A stretch of 63,614 bases of DNA, counting the filler, from Stramenopiles sp. TOSAG23-2 (lineage: Eukaryota), in NCBI GenBank assembly GCA_900128395.1. It is 8 parts of 8 records of this genome, joined end to end, with 100 filler letters (N's around TTAATTAATTAA, not from the genome) between each part and the next. Parts side by side here need not be neighbours in the genome. Positions count along the whole stretch, not along the records: positions 1 to 8,809 come from LT650163.1; positions 8,910 to 17,698 come from LT650164.1; 6 more parts are not named here. One strand, written 5' to 3'. How positions within the stretch are numbered: position 1 is the stretch's first letter; the number at the start of each line of letters is the position of its first letter. Positions 1 to 12,500 of this stretch are shown here, one piece after another. The notes beneath the pieces are model-generated. The model saw nothing but the letters and a program-made list of their open reading frames with translations, did not search any database and was not told the origin of the DNA. The translations under genes and the position numbers were made by a program.

Positions 1-467
1 TAGCCATTTTCGTCGCACCCTTTAAATCTTCAATATTTTCACTTAAAGATGGTATTCCGCCATTAAAGTTACCATTTTCGTACTAACATATGTAGTTTCT
101 GCTGTAATACGAAGGAAAAAGAAGATTGATTTATGGATATAATAATACGAACGGGCCAGCGCGTTTAATGAGAGCGCTATCATAGGAAGGATAGATACCT
201 ACTCAATGTTTATAGAGTATTAGAGTGCAGACGTATACATTAGAGCTTTACTGATATTCGTAGTAGGGATTATTGACTGTGTTTCTGCGATTGAATATTG
301 AGCATATTACTTAGCACAGGAAGTAAAAATTATTATATAATTATATAACTCTTTTAATTTTAACCATCAAATTAAAATATCCATTTAATATCGAAAACGA
401 ACCCTCCCTTCGTACGAACGTACGGAGTTCGTATAACCGACGGGTCGTACTAATAAATTATATTTTC

Positions 468-3227
468 TCAACTCTTTACTTGCTTTGCAAATATCTCTGA
501 AATTTGCTCGCTTTTTGTACATTGGTTAACAATTTTATCTGGTCTTAATCTTATAAACCGTGGAAAACGCAATGCCAAGCCTTTTTCATCGGATGATACT
601 CCATGATGTATACCAATACTTGCACGATGCACAGGTGAAATGCTTAATTCAGCCCCACGAATCTCTATAACAAAAGATGTTGATGGTTCAAACCAATACG
701 GGCAATTTTCTCTTGTATCAACATCACGCGGTTTTGTATTCAAGACACCATTTTCTTTTAGCCTTGCAGTAAGCATTGAATACATTTCATCATTAAAACC
801 ACTCATAACACGGCATAAACTTTGATATTCTTCATTATCTTCATCATACACAGCAACAAGTAATGGACTAAACCAATTTTTCTTTCTTCCATTTCCGTCC
901 CATGCACCAATAACAACTACATCGATTGAATCACAAAGAGTACCGCCCTCCATATAATCTGCTTTAAGCTTTCTCCATTCATCTGATCGTTTACCTGCCA
1001 TATATTTCGCAGATATCATTTGCATTTTGATTTTTTTTTTCGATGGTGATTTTCCTTTTTCTTCATTGTTATTGGCTATTGTTGGTTTACTTAACAATTT
1101 TACCATCAGACCCTCACACCCATCTTTAATACTAGTATTCAATGCATCAATGATTTTACTAGAAGCTTGTTCATCTTGCGAATTTACAATTGTTGATTTC
1201 GCAAATTGAAATAAGTTTAAATTATTAGCAGCCTGTTTTGCATTAAAATAATCATGCAATATATACCTGCGTTCCTCTAATGTTTTTTCTACCAACGATT
1301 CATCATTTAATAAAATAATATCAAATACAATTAACGCAACTATTACATTGTTTGCGCGGCCATTATTATTACTGCTACTACTACTAAAACTGCTAGTACT
1401 AGATGACCCGTGATGATACTCCATCATCATCATCGTTGTATTATTATTATCATTATTATCTACTTTTCGTTTTCTTGTACTTAGTTTTTGAAATGGTAAA
1501 ATTATATTTTTTGCAGGATCATATGCTACAATTTCACAATCTAATATGCAGGAATGAACAATTTTCTCTTCAATCATAACATTTTCAATTATGCGTTTAA
1601 TTTCAGGAAATCTACATGTTGTTTCAGCACAATGACGTGAAAAGATATGAAATTCATATTCATTATCATTATCATTATTTGTGTTGCTTTTGTTAGTATC
1701 TGAACGACTCCAATGAATTTGTGCTCTCATTCCATCATATTTCCACTCACACAAGATATTTCCATCATTATTGACACCAATAGATGACAATATATCATCT
1801 GCCGACATTGCTGGTTTTGCCAACATTGGATCAATTGGTATACCAATTGACACTTGGCATATACGTTGCATCTTACGAATACCACCAATCCTTAATGCTT
1901 CTACTACTGAATATAAATCATGATGTATAGCATATGTCTGTCTAACAATTTGATCTATTTCATTGTTTTCAAAATGTTTTTTTTTAGATCCAGATGACAA
2001 AGATTTCGAATCTTCTTCCTCTTCTTCTTGCTTCTCATTATAATATTGTTCACATGCTCTGCCACAACTGCTCATTATTGTAATCATTGATGCATTAATT
2101 CGCATATTTCGTAATAGACATCGTGTTAAGAACCGAAGTTCAGGTGCACCTTTACTTTTTGATGAAGAATTACTACTACTACTACTACTACTGTTACTAC
2201 TACTACTATTACTACTATTGCTGCTGCTGTTATTGCTGTTATTCTTATTACTACCACCGCTTTTCCAACCAAATGATTTAGACGATGATATATCGCATCG
2301 ACGAAACAATGATCCAATAATTCCTTCTTTGCGTCCAGTTGAACCAACGCCAGATTGTTTAGAAATTTTAATCAGCGCATTGAAGATATCCATTATCGTC
2401 AAAGGTTTCGGTTTTGAAAACAATGCCTGTCTACCCTTACCAGAAGCAAGGTCCTCCGCTGCATCGCCAAGGTCACCAAATTTTTTGTAATGGGTTCTTA
2501 ATTTTGTTCGATCGCATCCTAATACTTGTCTTAGAGCTTTGGAAATCGATGAGCCACCGACTCCCAGTTGATTTTGTTGTTGTGTGTCACCACTCTTATT
2601 ATTACTAGTAGTAATATTATCAACAAAATTGTCAGCATTACATTTTTGTTCTTCGAACGATGACGGTAAAGAATCTGAAGCTAAACATACCGCTGGGAAC
2701 AGTTCCATTGAGTTTATTTTCATAATATTGTAAAATGCGTTTGTCAATGCATTTGTGATTTCAATTCTACCTTTTGTTGCAGCACATATTGTAAATGTGG
2801 ATGCTAAAATAGAAAATGGCGCAGCATTTTTCTTATTATTCTTTTTTGTTGTTGCCAAAGGAACTGTTATTTCATGTTTGATTACTTCATCACTGTTATC
2901 TTCATCCTCAATTATAATAATTTCCTGTTTTGCATTATTAACCTTTTTTTCCTTCTTTGTACTATTTGTAATTAACGATGATGTACCATTCGCACTACTG
3001 GAACCTCCTTTAGCATGATTGTTACCATTGACATTCTTATTAGTATTATTATTGGACATTTTATTAAAAAAATAATGTTGTATTTTCTTTTGTTTATCTT
3101 TCTTTAGTTGTTTTATTAATAATTTACCATTTGAATTAAACTTCAGCGTGGATTGATTTTTATCAAGGCCAGCTTTTGCATGTGTCCGTTTCTTACCTTT
3201 CTTGTTATTCCTACTACTGTTGCTCAT
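468..3227 (-). CDS. ATP-dependent DNA ligase, Lig1 family (LIG6/Adl1-like paralog)
   Basis: Motifs PMLAKP, CEWKYDGMRAQIH (KxDGxR), LDCEIV, EGLMVK, WRKLKADY and LRFPRFIRLRPDK; N-terminal DNA-binding domain (GDLGDAA); Asn/Ser low-complexity inserts. Confidence 0.95.
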   Translation of the reverse strand: MSNSSRNNKKGKKRTHAKAGLDKNQSTLKFNSNGKLLIKQLKKDKQKKIQHYFFNKMSNNNTNKNVNGNNHAKGGSSSANGTSSLITNSTKKEKKVNNAKQEIIIIEDEDNSDEVIKHEITVPLATTKKNNKKNAAPFSILASTFTICAATKGRIEITNALTNAFYNIMKINSMELFPAVCLASDSLPSSFEEQKCNADNFVDNITTSNNKSGDTQQQNQLGVGGSSISKALRQVLGCDRTKLRTHYKKFGDLGDAAEDLASGKGRQALFSKPKPLTIMDIFNALIKISKQSGVGSTGRKEGIIGSLFRRCDISSSKSFGWKSGGSNKNNSNNSSSNSSNSSSSNSSSSSSSNSSSKSKGAPELRFLTRCLLRNMRINASMITIMSSCGRACEQYYNEKQEEEEEDSKSLSSGSKKKHFENNEIDQIVRQTYAIHHDLYSVVEALRIGGIRKMQRICQVSIGIPIDPMLAKPAMSADDILSSIGVNNDGNILCEWKYDGMRAQIHWSRSDTNKSNTNNDNDNEYEFHIFSRHCAETTCRFPEIKRIIENVMIEEKIVHSCILDCEIVAYDPAKNIILPFQKLSTRKRKVDNNDNNNTTMMMMEYHHGSSSTSSFSSSSSNNNGRANNVIVALIVFDIILLNDESLVEKTLEERRYILHDYFNAKQAANNLNLFQFAKSTIVNSQDEQASSKIIDALNTSIKDGCEGLMVKLLSKPTIANNNEEKGKSPSKKKIKMQMISAKYMAGKRSDEWRKLKADYMEGGTLCDSIDVVVIGAWDGNGRKKNWFSPLLVAVYDEDNEEYQSLCRVMSGFNDEMYSMLTARLKENGVLNTKPRDVDTRENCPYWFEPSTSFVIEIRGAELSISPVHRASIGIHHGVSSDEKGLALRFPRFIRLRPDKIVNQCTKSEQISEIFAKQVKS

Positions 3228-3819
3228 TTTATTTTCATCGGAGGAGGCAAATGTATAGATAGACTAGATAAATAGTTTATATCGAATTCTGCTTGTTGCG
3301 TTCTGTGTTCTATCTATATATCATTCTAATTAGTCAATATATATTTCTGTTCGCACTATGATGATAAAAAATACAATCCGGATATGTGTGCATATCATAT
3401 ATCATCATATACCCAAGTAGTAATAACACTCACTTGCCTCTCTTTTTGCTTGATGTTCGTACTTTAGTATGTTCGTATTATTCCACAGTCCAGGTATAGC
3501 TATACGTATACTATTATAGCCAATAGTATAGGGCTAGTATTATAGATATTCTAGACTAATACAGTATTGTACTATATTTTCTAGTATCCTATATGTATCT
3601 GATATCATTTGAGGAGATGCGCACTTTCACAATCATTTTTAAAATAATAATATCTATATATTGTAGTGCATTTAATACAATATGACTTATAAGGTCGTTG
3701 GCCAGTAGAAATATATATTATATTCCATAGAAGAGATAAACAGTACACCAATATACTTCATTGAACCTATTTATGTAAAGATTACAACTTTGTAGATCAT
3801 TCATATTTATATTTTTACG

Positions 3820-6800
3820 ATGTTTCAACAAACAAAATCAAATATAAATACGTTTTTCACTTCTTATCTAGAATCAAGAGCAACAATAAAAATACTTGTT
3901 ATTCCAGTTGGAAACATTTCAAATAAAAATTTTCAAAATTATTTCAATCGATTATGTCAATTTAGTTGCATCCCACTTCAAACGATCACACCGCCAGCAA
4001 AACTAGTGCCTCCTACCAATGTAAATACGTCGTCATCCATAAGTTCATTTGGCAAATTAAAAAAGAAAAGAAATAGTCACAACGAAGGCTCATCATCTGT
4101 TTTCAATATATCTTATGAATATGGTGCGATTTATTTTCAATTTATAAATGGGAAAAAAATATTAGATCGAAATGAAATGTCAACTTTAAAAACATCGGAT
4201 CTGAACGCGCATGACAGCCCGCTTGCAATATTTGGATTGTGTCATTGTCCTAGCACAGACGATATAGCAGAAGCATTTTCAAAGTTTCAAAATAAAGCGG
4301 ATTATTTGATAGCACCAACTATTCATAAAAAAAATGTCTCACCAGCAAGGAAAAATAATAATAAAAGCAATAGTAATAATAAGAATACCAACAATAATGT
4401 AAACACTACTATTTTGAAACATTGTTTTGCTTTTGACATAACAGATTTACAATTAGAAAAACAAGAAACTTTTTCTAATATAAAAGATTTGACAGTATTT
4501 GTTGCAGATAGACGTAATGCGGAAGAAGGTTCAATATTAGAATTTCAAATGCAAGTAGATCTTGGTAATATTTGTAATAAAATTATACAATCATTAGATG
4601 AGAAAGTGAAAAGTGCATTGAGTGGAAAGAACTTACCAGCATTGCGTTATGGCTTAGACCCAAACTTAGCAAAAGAAGATGCAATTATGAGAAATAAACA
4701 AAAAAAAAAGTGGGATATGAGATATGCTGCACGTTTACGTAAATGGTGTGCCGATTATTGTTTAGTTGCAGGTGCGTCGATTGATGCATTGCAAAATTAT
4801 ACAATGGCATTATCATTGATGAAACAAAATGGGAAACCAATAGATCATTTATGGCTAGGATCTTGTTATGAAGGTTGTGCATCTGCAATTATTATGTCAT
4901 CCATTCAAGCACTTGATATGTTTTCAGATGTTGTTGCAGTAGCTACAGGGGCGATTGATTTATTTAATAATACACGCATCCCATTCCAACATGATGTTGA
5001 GCGAAATTGCATATTAGCAATAAAGCATTATAAAGAATGTAAATTGGAAAATGAACGGTATTTAGGCATGATATTGAAATTATGTCGTTATTACACCCGT
5101 TTAATAAAACCAAAGCCGGTCCAAGTGATGAAATTGATCAATGAAGAATCACTCATACATCTTAGTAAAGTTAGAACTTCATCTAGAATACGTTTTTATG
5201 TTGAGGTATGTTTATTATGCGAAATAATGGGTTTACGTCGTAAATTTGGATATTATTGCCATAAGATTGCCACTATGTATGCTGATCTAATGAATTGGAA
5301 TACTGCTTTGTGCTTTTTACAACTTGCATCCGAGGCATATGGCTGTGAAAAAAATAATTATGCGGAAGGTATGGTCATTAATGGTGAAAATAACAAGACG
5401 ACTTTGGAAAGAATTACAAATGCAAATGTTAAGGATAATAATGCAAAAGACAAGTCAACAGCACCATCAATAGCAACCGATCAAAGTGCTATTCTTGAAG
5501 ATAATATTGATGGTTGGCCCCAAATGAAGAAACAATATTTATTAGAATTATTACAATTGTCGATATTGACGAATAACCATGATTTAGGAACAAAATATGC
5601 TATAGAAACTTTACGAGCGTTGCAAATAGAAAATAATAATGTGAAATCTTATAGTGATCCTTTCAAACTAAAAGCAAAATTAGAGGTGGAAGATTTATTT
5701 GGTGTGAAACAGCAGCAAAAAGAAGGAAAAGTGGCTTTTGGTGATAAACACAAAAATACCTTTGGACTTGTAAATAATAATCGCAACCGATCCTTATTAT
5801 CCCTTTCAGCGACAAATTATAACCAATCAACATTTAATGACAATAACACGAGCCAATGGAAGTACGATGATAATAGTAATGTTGCAAACATTTCTCAATT
5901 GTCTATAGACACCTCGTCAATACCAATATATGCTGCTACTGATGATATAAACACAAATCCATCTATGTGGATCTTACCAAATGGAAGAACAAAAAGTCAA
6001 TTGTATATCATGAGGAAATTGAATGCCATAACTAGCGGTTTAATGCCGAAAATAAATGTAGATATGACAAATATACCCGAAATCGTTATGATTGAACCTT
6101 GTTCGATATCATCCATGCGAAAACATGAAAAATACATTCCTGTTGATAACGAAAATGGTAACGGTAATGGCGGTATACCATCTTTAAGTGAAAATATTGA
6201 AGATTTAAAGGGTGCGACGAAAATGGCTAAACACGGTACTAAAATTTATTATGACCCATTTATACCATCTTTAAGTGAAAATATTGAAGATTTAAAGGGT
6301 GCGACGAAAATGGCTAAACACGGTACTAAAATTTATTATGACCCATTTGCAATTGATAAAGAAAAGGACGAGGAGAAAATCATTGAATGGGTAAAAGGTG
6401 AGAATTGCGAAGTGCTGGTTACATTGCGAAATAATTTAAAAGTACCTTTGTACATTCAAGATATTGCAGTTGCGTCAATGGACAATAACAATAGCAATAG
6501 TAATACTGTTACTAATCACAATGACAAACATTCTATTTTGCAGAGCTTTGGCCAGACATTATATTGCCCCCCTTTATCAACACAGAAAGTTAAATTAACA
6601 GTGAAGCCATTGATTGAATGTGAACGAATGAATATAAATGCTTTATCTATTACAATTTGTAATTTAACATGGTGCCACCCATTTGCTTATAGCAAAGACA
6701 TTATTGACGCAAAAAAACGTCGAAGATCCGGTAAGAAAATATCTTCTTTTCCATGCGTAAGAGTATTAGCGCCACTGCCGTTGATGATAATACGTGACGT

Positions 6801-8809
6801 GAGAAACTCACCACGTTTTGAATTGGCGGGTGCAAATGCCAACGGCAAAAACAATGTATCGCATGCCACTACTAATAGCCAAAAATCAATAAGTCGTTTA
6901 TCTGGTACGAATGTTACTAATTTAGCATTGCTTGATGGACAAGTTCATAATCATGGGTTGCTCGTGCAAAATGTTGGTCGTGTACCAATTTCGTATATAC
7001 GCATCAATTTAGTATTGGCAAAGCGTAAAATACAGAGGTTGCGAAACAGAAACCATCAACAAAGTGTTTCTGGGATAACAAACACAACAGACTCTTTACA
7101 ACGATTAAATCCAGTAATCATTTTCTCAACCCTGGAGAATGAAGTTCCAACATCATATAATTACCTCAATCGAGATGGTGATAGTAATAATGCAAATGAA
7201 AATCATGTTTTTCATTTTGAACCCGCCGTATTAGAAAATTTGAAGATGCACTTGCCTTTGAAGCCAGGTGAGAAAATTACATTGCCATTTACAATAGACG
7301 CTCAAAGAGATATCCCAGCTGCTGAACTGATTATATATTATGGCCAAGATCAAATTCCTGACATATGCAGGTCCTTAACGACCCCATTTAAAATGATGAC
7401 AAGCTCTAGTTTAAGTATTGTTAGTATCGATACAGTTTCTTTCCATGATGGAATCCTAGAGGAATATGGAGATTTTGGCGCATTATCAAATCAATTTAAG
7501 AACACTTCGCTCATACGTAATAATGATAGTAATAATTCTGATTTTTTTTTAGTCTTACTTGTCAGTAATCCAACCAAACGTTCTTTTGAAATATCTGGCT
7601 ACCAACATATGGATAGGATAGATGACATAGATTTACCAGAAATTGTAGGAAGGAAAGGTAGTGATACTAGCAGTAGTATTGCAACGACGCCTATGACAAA
7701 TCGAGCGAATAGTTTTCATACGCCAACCGCAAGTGAAGAAAAGCGACCAAAAAGATCAAGCAGTGCCAGTAGCAACAGCAGTATAATATCTGTGCAACGA
7801 AGAAGAGGCAGTTCGCAACGCCCATCATCGCCGATGTTTGGAGATAGCGAGGAAAGTGAATATCAAAAGCTTTTTGTAACGCCATTAGATGCGGGCGAGG
7901 TACAACGAATTGTTATTCCTATATCTAAATATGCATACTCGAAAAGTGTACCATTAAATGGCTCTGTGAAAGATCAAGTAAAAGGAAATGTAAATTATGA
8001 TTTAGATAACCCTATGATACAAAATTTTCTGAAAGATTGCATTGTTTATGTTCAAAGTAAATTGACATTGACTTGGAAATCAAGTAATGGAATGGTTGGG
8101 ACATTATCGTTGCATACAGCATTATCAAGTCTAACATTGAATGCTTGTAGACGCATGGTGCAAATACCAATGAAGGTAATTACATGCGTCCACTACAATA
8201 ATAAAATGCATTTAGTTGGACAAAGCGTAGGCAACAAAGTCACGAAAGAAGTGGAAAGCAACAATGGTAAAGCATCTAACTCCCCGAACATTAGTAATAA
8301 TAATAATGTTAGCAGCATATATAGTAAATATTATGATGGCACTACTGATTATTCATCACCAGTAAAATTATCAAATATCCACGAAGACAAAAGTCTTAAT
8401 GATAATAATCAGTCTACGCCCAAAGAGAAAGAACGGGCGTTGCCTTGGAATATATATGTTGGTGATAGACTGGTATTATCGTTCACATTTAAGTTTATGG
8501 ATATTCAACGAAACTTTCCAGGTGAAAAATTAGTTAATAAAACGCTGAAAGTCCGTCTAGTTACTCTCAAAGTCACTTCAAATACTGAAAACATTTACGT
8601 GTTGAAGGAAGAAGATTTGTTGGAGCATATGCATTTCAATGGAATGATGGAAGTATCCATCATGAAGGAAGCTGACGACAAAACAGATTGCAACATGGAG
8701 ATAGAATTGCTGTTTTTAAAGAAAGGAATGTATAGGTTCTTATTGGAGTGTAATGATGGTTTAAATGCATGGATAAATGAAATAAATGTTGGGATAAATG
8801 TATTGTTGC
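3820..8809 (+). CDS. TRAPPC9: TRAPP II subunit TRAPPC9/Trs120-like; runs into the contig end
   Basis: N-terminal IKILVIPVGNIS..F..Y; ARLRKWCADYCLVAG..DAL..Y; DHLWLGSCYEG; G.RRKF; YDPF...WVKGE.CEV.VTL.N.L. These match Trs120 architecture. Contains an exact 87-bp duplication at 6174-6347. Confidence 0.85.
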
Positions 8810-8909
8810 NNNNNNNNNNNNNNNNNNNNNNNNNNNNNNNNNNNNNNNNNNNNTTAATTAATTAANNNNNNNNNNNNNNNNNNNNNNNNNNNNNNNNNNN
8901 NNNNNNNNN
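8810..8909. other. Artificial contig linker (N44-TTAATTAATTAA-N44); identical linkers at 17699-17798, 26583-26682, 35463-35562, 44332-44431, 53191-53290, 62048-62147
   Basis: Seven identical 100-bp N-padded six-frame stop linkers. Intervening contigs are 8789, 8784, 8780, 8769, 8759 and 8757 bp, i.e. size-sorted. Confidence 0.98.
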
Positions 8910-9568
8910 TCTGTAAATAAATTAATTATTTGGCCTCGATTGCATGATGCAAATAATATAGAATAATTTTGTAATATGCAGATATGCAGATATGCAGGTG
9001 AATCAGGAACCACAGGTGAATACGACGGACCAGGTTTTTGAACCCCAACAATAGGAAACTCTATACCTAAGTATAAACGGAAGGGCCTATAAGGCAAACC
9101 TGGCAAAATGGCAAACCTGCAGCAAACAACACTTACTGTGGCCTTTTTTTATATTAATATATATGATGAATTAATTAATAAAGATCAATAAATATATCAA
9201 TAAGATCTACATGAGAGAGATGGACGGGGTAACACATTCCATACATGTACCTCTGTCAATAACCAATCTATCCCCGTTTACAAACATATTATAGTTACGT
9301 ACAATCGTATATATACATTCATAATAGTAGTGATTCGACGTTTTGTTGTTGTGTTGTTATTTTTCTTCATCTTCTTCTTGGAAAATTATTATTATTATTT
9401 GTATTAATAAATCATTTAAAATTAGTAATACAGTTTTAAATAAATTGATAATACAAAAATATTAAGGCAATTATTAATCATAGACTATATATATATATAT
9501 ACATATAGTAACTTCACCAACAATATAATACACGACCAGCCAGCACAAAAAAAAACACAAAAAAAAAC

Positions 9569-12500
9569 ATGTCACAGAGCGATCCACACGTATGGGAAGA
9601 AAAATACAATGCATTGCAAAAACAATTTGATGAGTTTCAAGTGCAATCAGAAGAGTTTGAGCAAGAGTTGGAACAAGATAAATTATTAGTAGGTATGGGA
9701 AGAAAAATACAATGCATTGCAAAAACAATTTGATGAGTTTCAAGTGCAATCAGAAGAGTTTGAGCAAGAGTTGGAACAAGATAAATTATTAGTAGAAAAA
9801 GAATTGGAACAAAAAGAACGTGAATATGAGAAATTATTAAAAGATAAAAATCGTTTAGATGATCAATTGCATCGTGAACGCGAGACACATAATTCATCCT
9901 CCAACGATATCAATAAATATTTAAATCAAATTAAATTATTAAAAGCGAAAAATATTAAATCCAATCGTGAAATACAAAAATTAGAAACATCTAATGATAA
10001 TTATGAAAATAAAATACGTATTTTAACGCAAGATTTAGAAAATAGTAATAATAAATTAGAAGAACATATGGAAGAAAATATATTTTTAAAAAATGATCTT
10101 GAAGATTTAAAACGTGAACATGTAGAAACAAAAGAACATTTACAATTGGAAATTAAAGAACAAAAAGATGAAATTGAATTTTTAAAACGTACATCATCTG
10201 AAACAGCGAATAATGGTAACAACAATAATAATAACAACAACAACGAAAAACAATCAAGTAATGTTACAGCATTAAAAAATCAATTTGAAGCAAGTAATAA
10301 TGACAACAATCACAACAACGAAGATACAATTGTAGATGATATGTTTAATAGTCGTGAGGAGCAAGTTACAACACCATTAAAATTAAGAACAGCATCTAGA
10401 ACTGCAGAAAGTTTACCACCACCACCGATGCCACCAATGCCATCTGTATTACCACATGAAGATGTTGTCGAGGAAGCAGATGAAGATAACAATAATGAAG
10501 AAGAATTATCTGAATTACGATTAGAAGTCGAAGAATTATCTACTGCTATGGATGAAATGTCAGAAGAAATGGAACATTTAACTGAAGAGTTACAAAGTAA
10601 ATCAAATTTGATTAAAAATTTAGAAACACAATTAAGTGAATCTCAAAATTTATTATTAACATCAAAAGATGAAAATGAAATATTAATCAATAAATTATCT
10701 TCCATATCAACAAATACGGCAAATGATGAGAATGCTGGTAATACTACTACCACGAATAATGAGGACGATATTAATAATCAAACTTCATTATTATTATTAG
10801 AACAAATGACAGAAAAATACAATGATAGTTGTACTACCGTTGCAGATTTAATGGGTAATGTTACTTCATTAGAAACGGAATTACAAGAAGCACAAACGTT
10901 ATTAGTTCAAAAACAAGAACAATTTGATGTGGAACTTGGAAACAAACAAGTTGAAATTCAAAAATTAAATCAACAAATAACACAACATACAACGTTTTTA
11001 AAAACACACGAGACATTGCATAAGAATACAATCAATAAACATGATGAAAAACTTAGTACAATGGAAAATGAGTATATGAATCAACTGGAAACGTTAAAAG
11101 CAACACATCAAACATTATTATGCATAAGAATACAATCAATAAACATGATGAAAAACTTAGTACAATGGAAAATGAGTATATGAATCAACTGGAAACGTTA
11201 AAAGCAACACATCAAACATTATTAGGAGATGTTACAAGTAAACATGAAGAAATACTATCTAAGATGACGATAAAACATCAAGAAAACATGCAAAACCTTG
11301 TTATAAAACATGAAGAAAATGTAAACGTTATGAAAGGAAAGCATAATGAGGATATGAATACCATGAAAACAAATTATGATAATGATATTGTTACAATGAC
11401 AACAGAACATAGTACAGAATTATCAACATTGAAAGAACAACATAGTACAGAATTATCAACATTGAAAGAACAACATGGTACAGACTTATCAACATTGAAA
11501 GAACAACATGGTACAGAGTTATCAACATTGAAAGAACAATACAAAGTTGGCAATGATAATTTATTACAAAGTAATATATCGGATATAACAAGTAAACATC
11601 AATCATTGATGGAACAAACAATTGATAAATATGAAAAAGTTGTAAATGAACATTCAGAAACAATTAAAACACTTGAAACAAAATTGGAAGATTCGCTGGA
11701 AGATATACGTAATCTTCAATCGGAAAAAGAACAATATGAAAATACCATTGCATCATTAAAAGAACAAATGACTACTGGTATAAAAAATGAACAAGATATA
11801 ATTAATACTATGCATCAAGAGGAAACAAATAATTTAAAGAATCAAATCACGGAGTTAACATCTAATTTAAACATAGCAACATTAAAACATGTCAAGTTGG
11901 AAGAAATAAATACAAATCAGTCAAATGAATTGATCAAATTAAATCAACAAATTGATGAATTAAATATATTTGTTGTCAAGTTAGAGCAAGAAAAAACAGA
12001 AACAGAAGCCAAAATAAAAGATGTAGAAAGAAAACATAAAACGACTATAACAAAATTACAGGAAAATATAAATCGAATGGAAATAAAATATAATACGACG
12101 AAAACGACATTGGAAGAGGTACAAGCAAAATTACAAATTAATATGAAAAAAACAGAAACAGAAGCCAAAATAAAAGATGTAGAAAGAAAACATAAAACGA
12201 CTATAACAAAATTACAGGAAAATATAAATCGAATGGAAATAAAATATAATACGACGAAAACGACATTGGAAGAGGTACAAGCAAAATTACAAATTAATAT
12301 GACAAAACATGAAAATGTACAAAAACAACTAAAACATGCACAAAATCAAGAAATGACATTAAAAGAAGAAATTGACTCGTTAAAGAATCAAAATAAAGAA
12401 TATGAAGTTTTTATTAATGTGCAAAACAAAGAAGTAGAAGATATACATGTAAAACATAAAAAATCAAGAAATGACATTAAAAGAAGAAATTGACTCGTTA

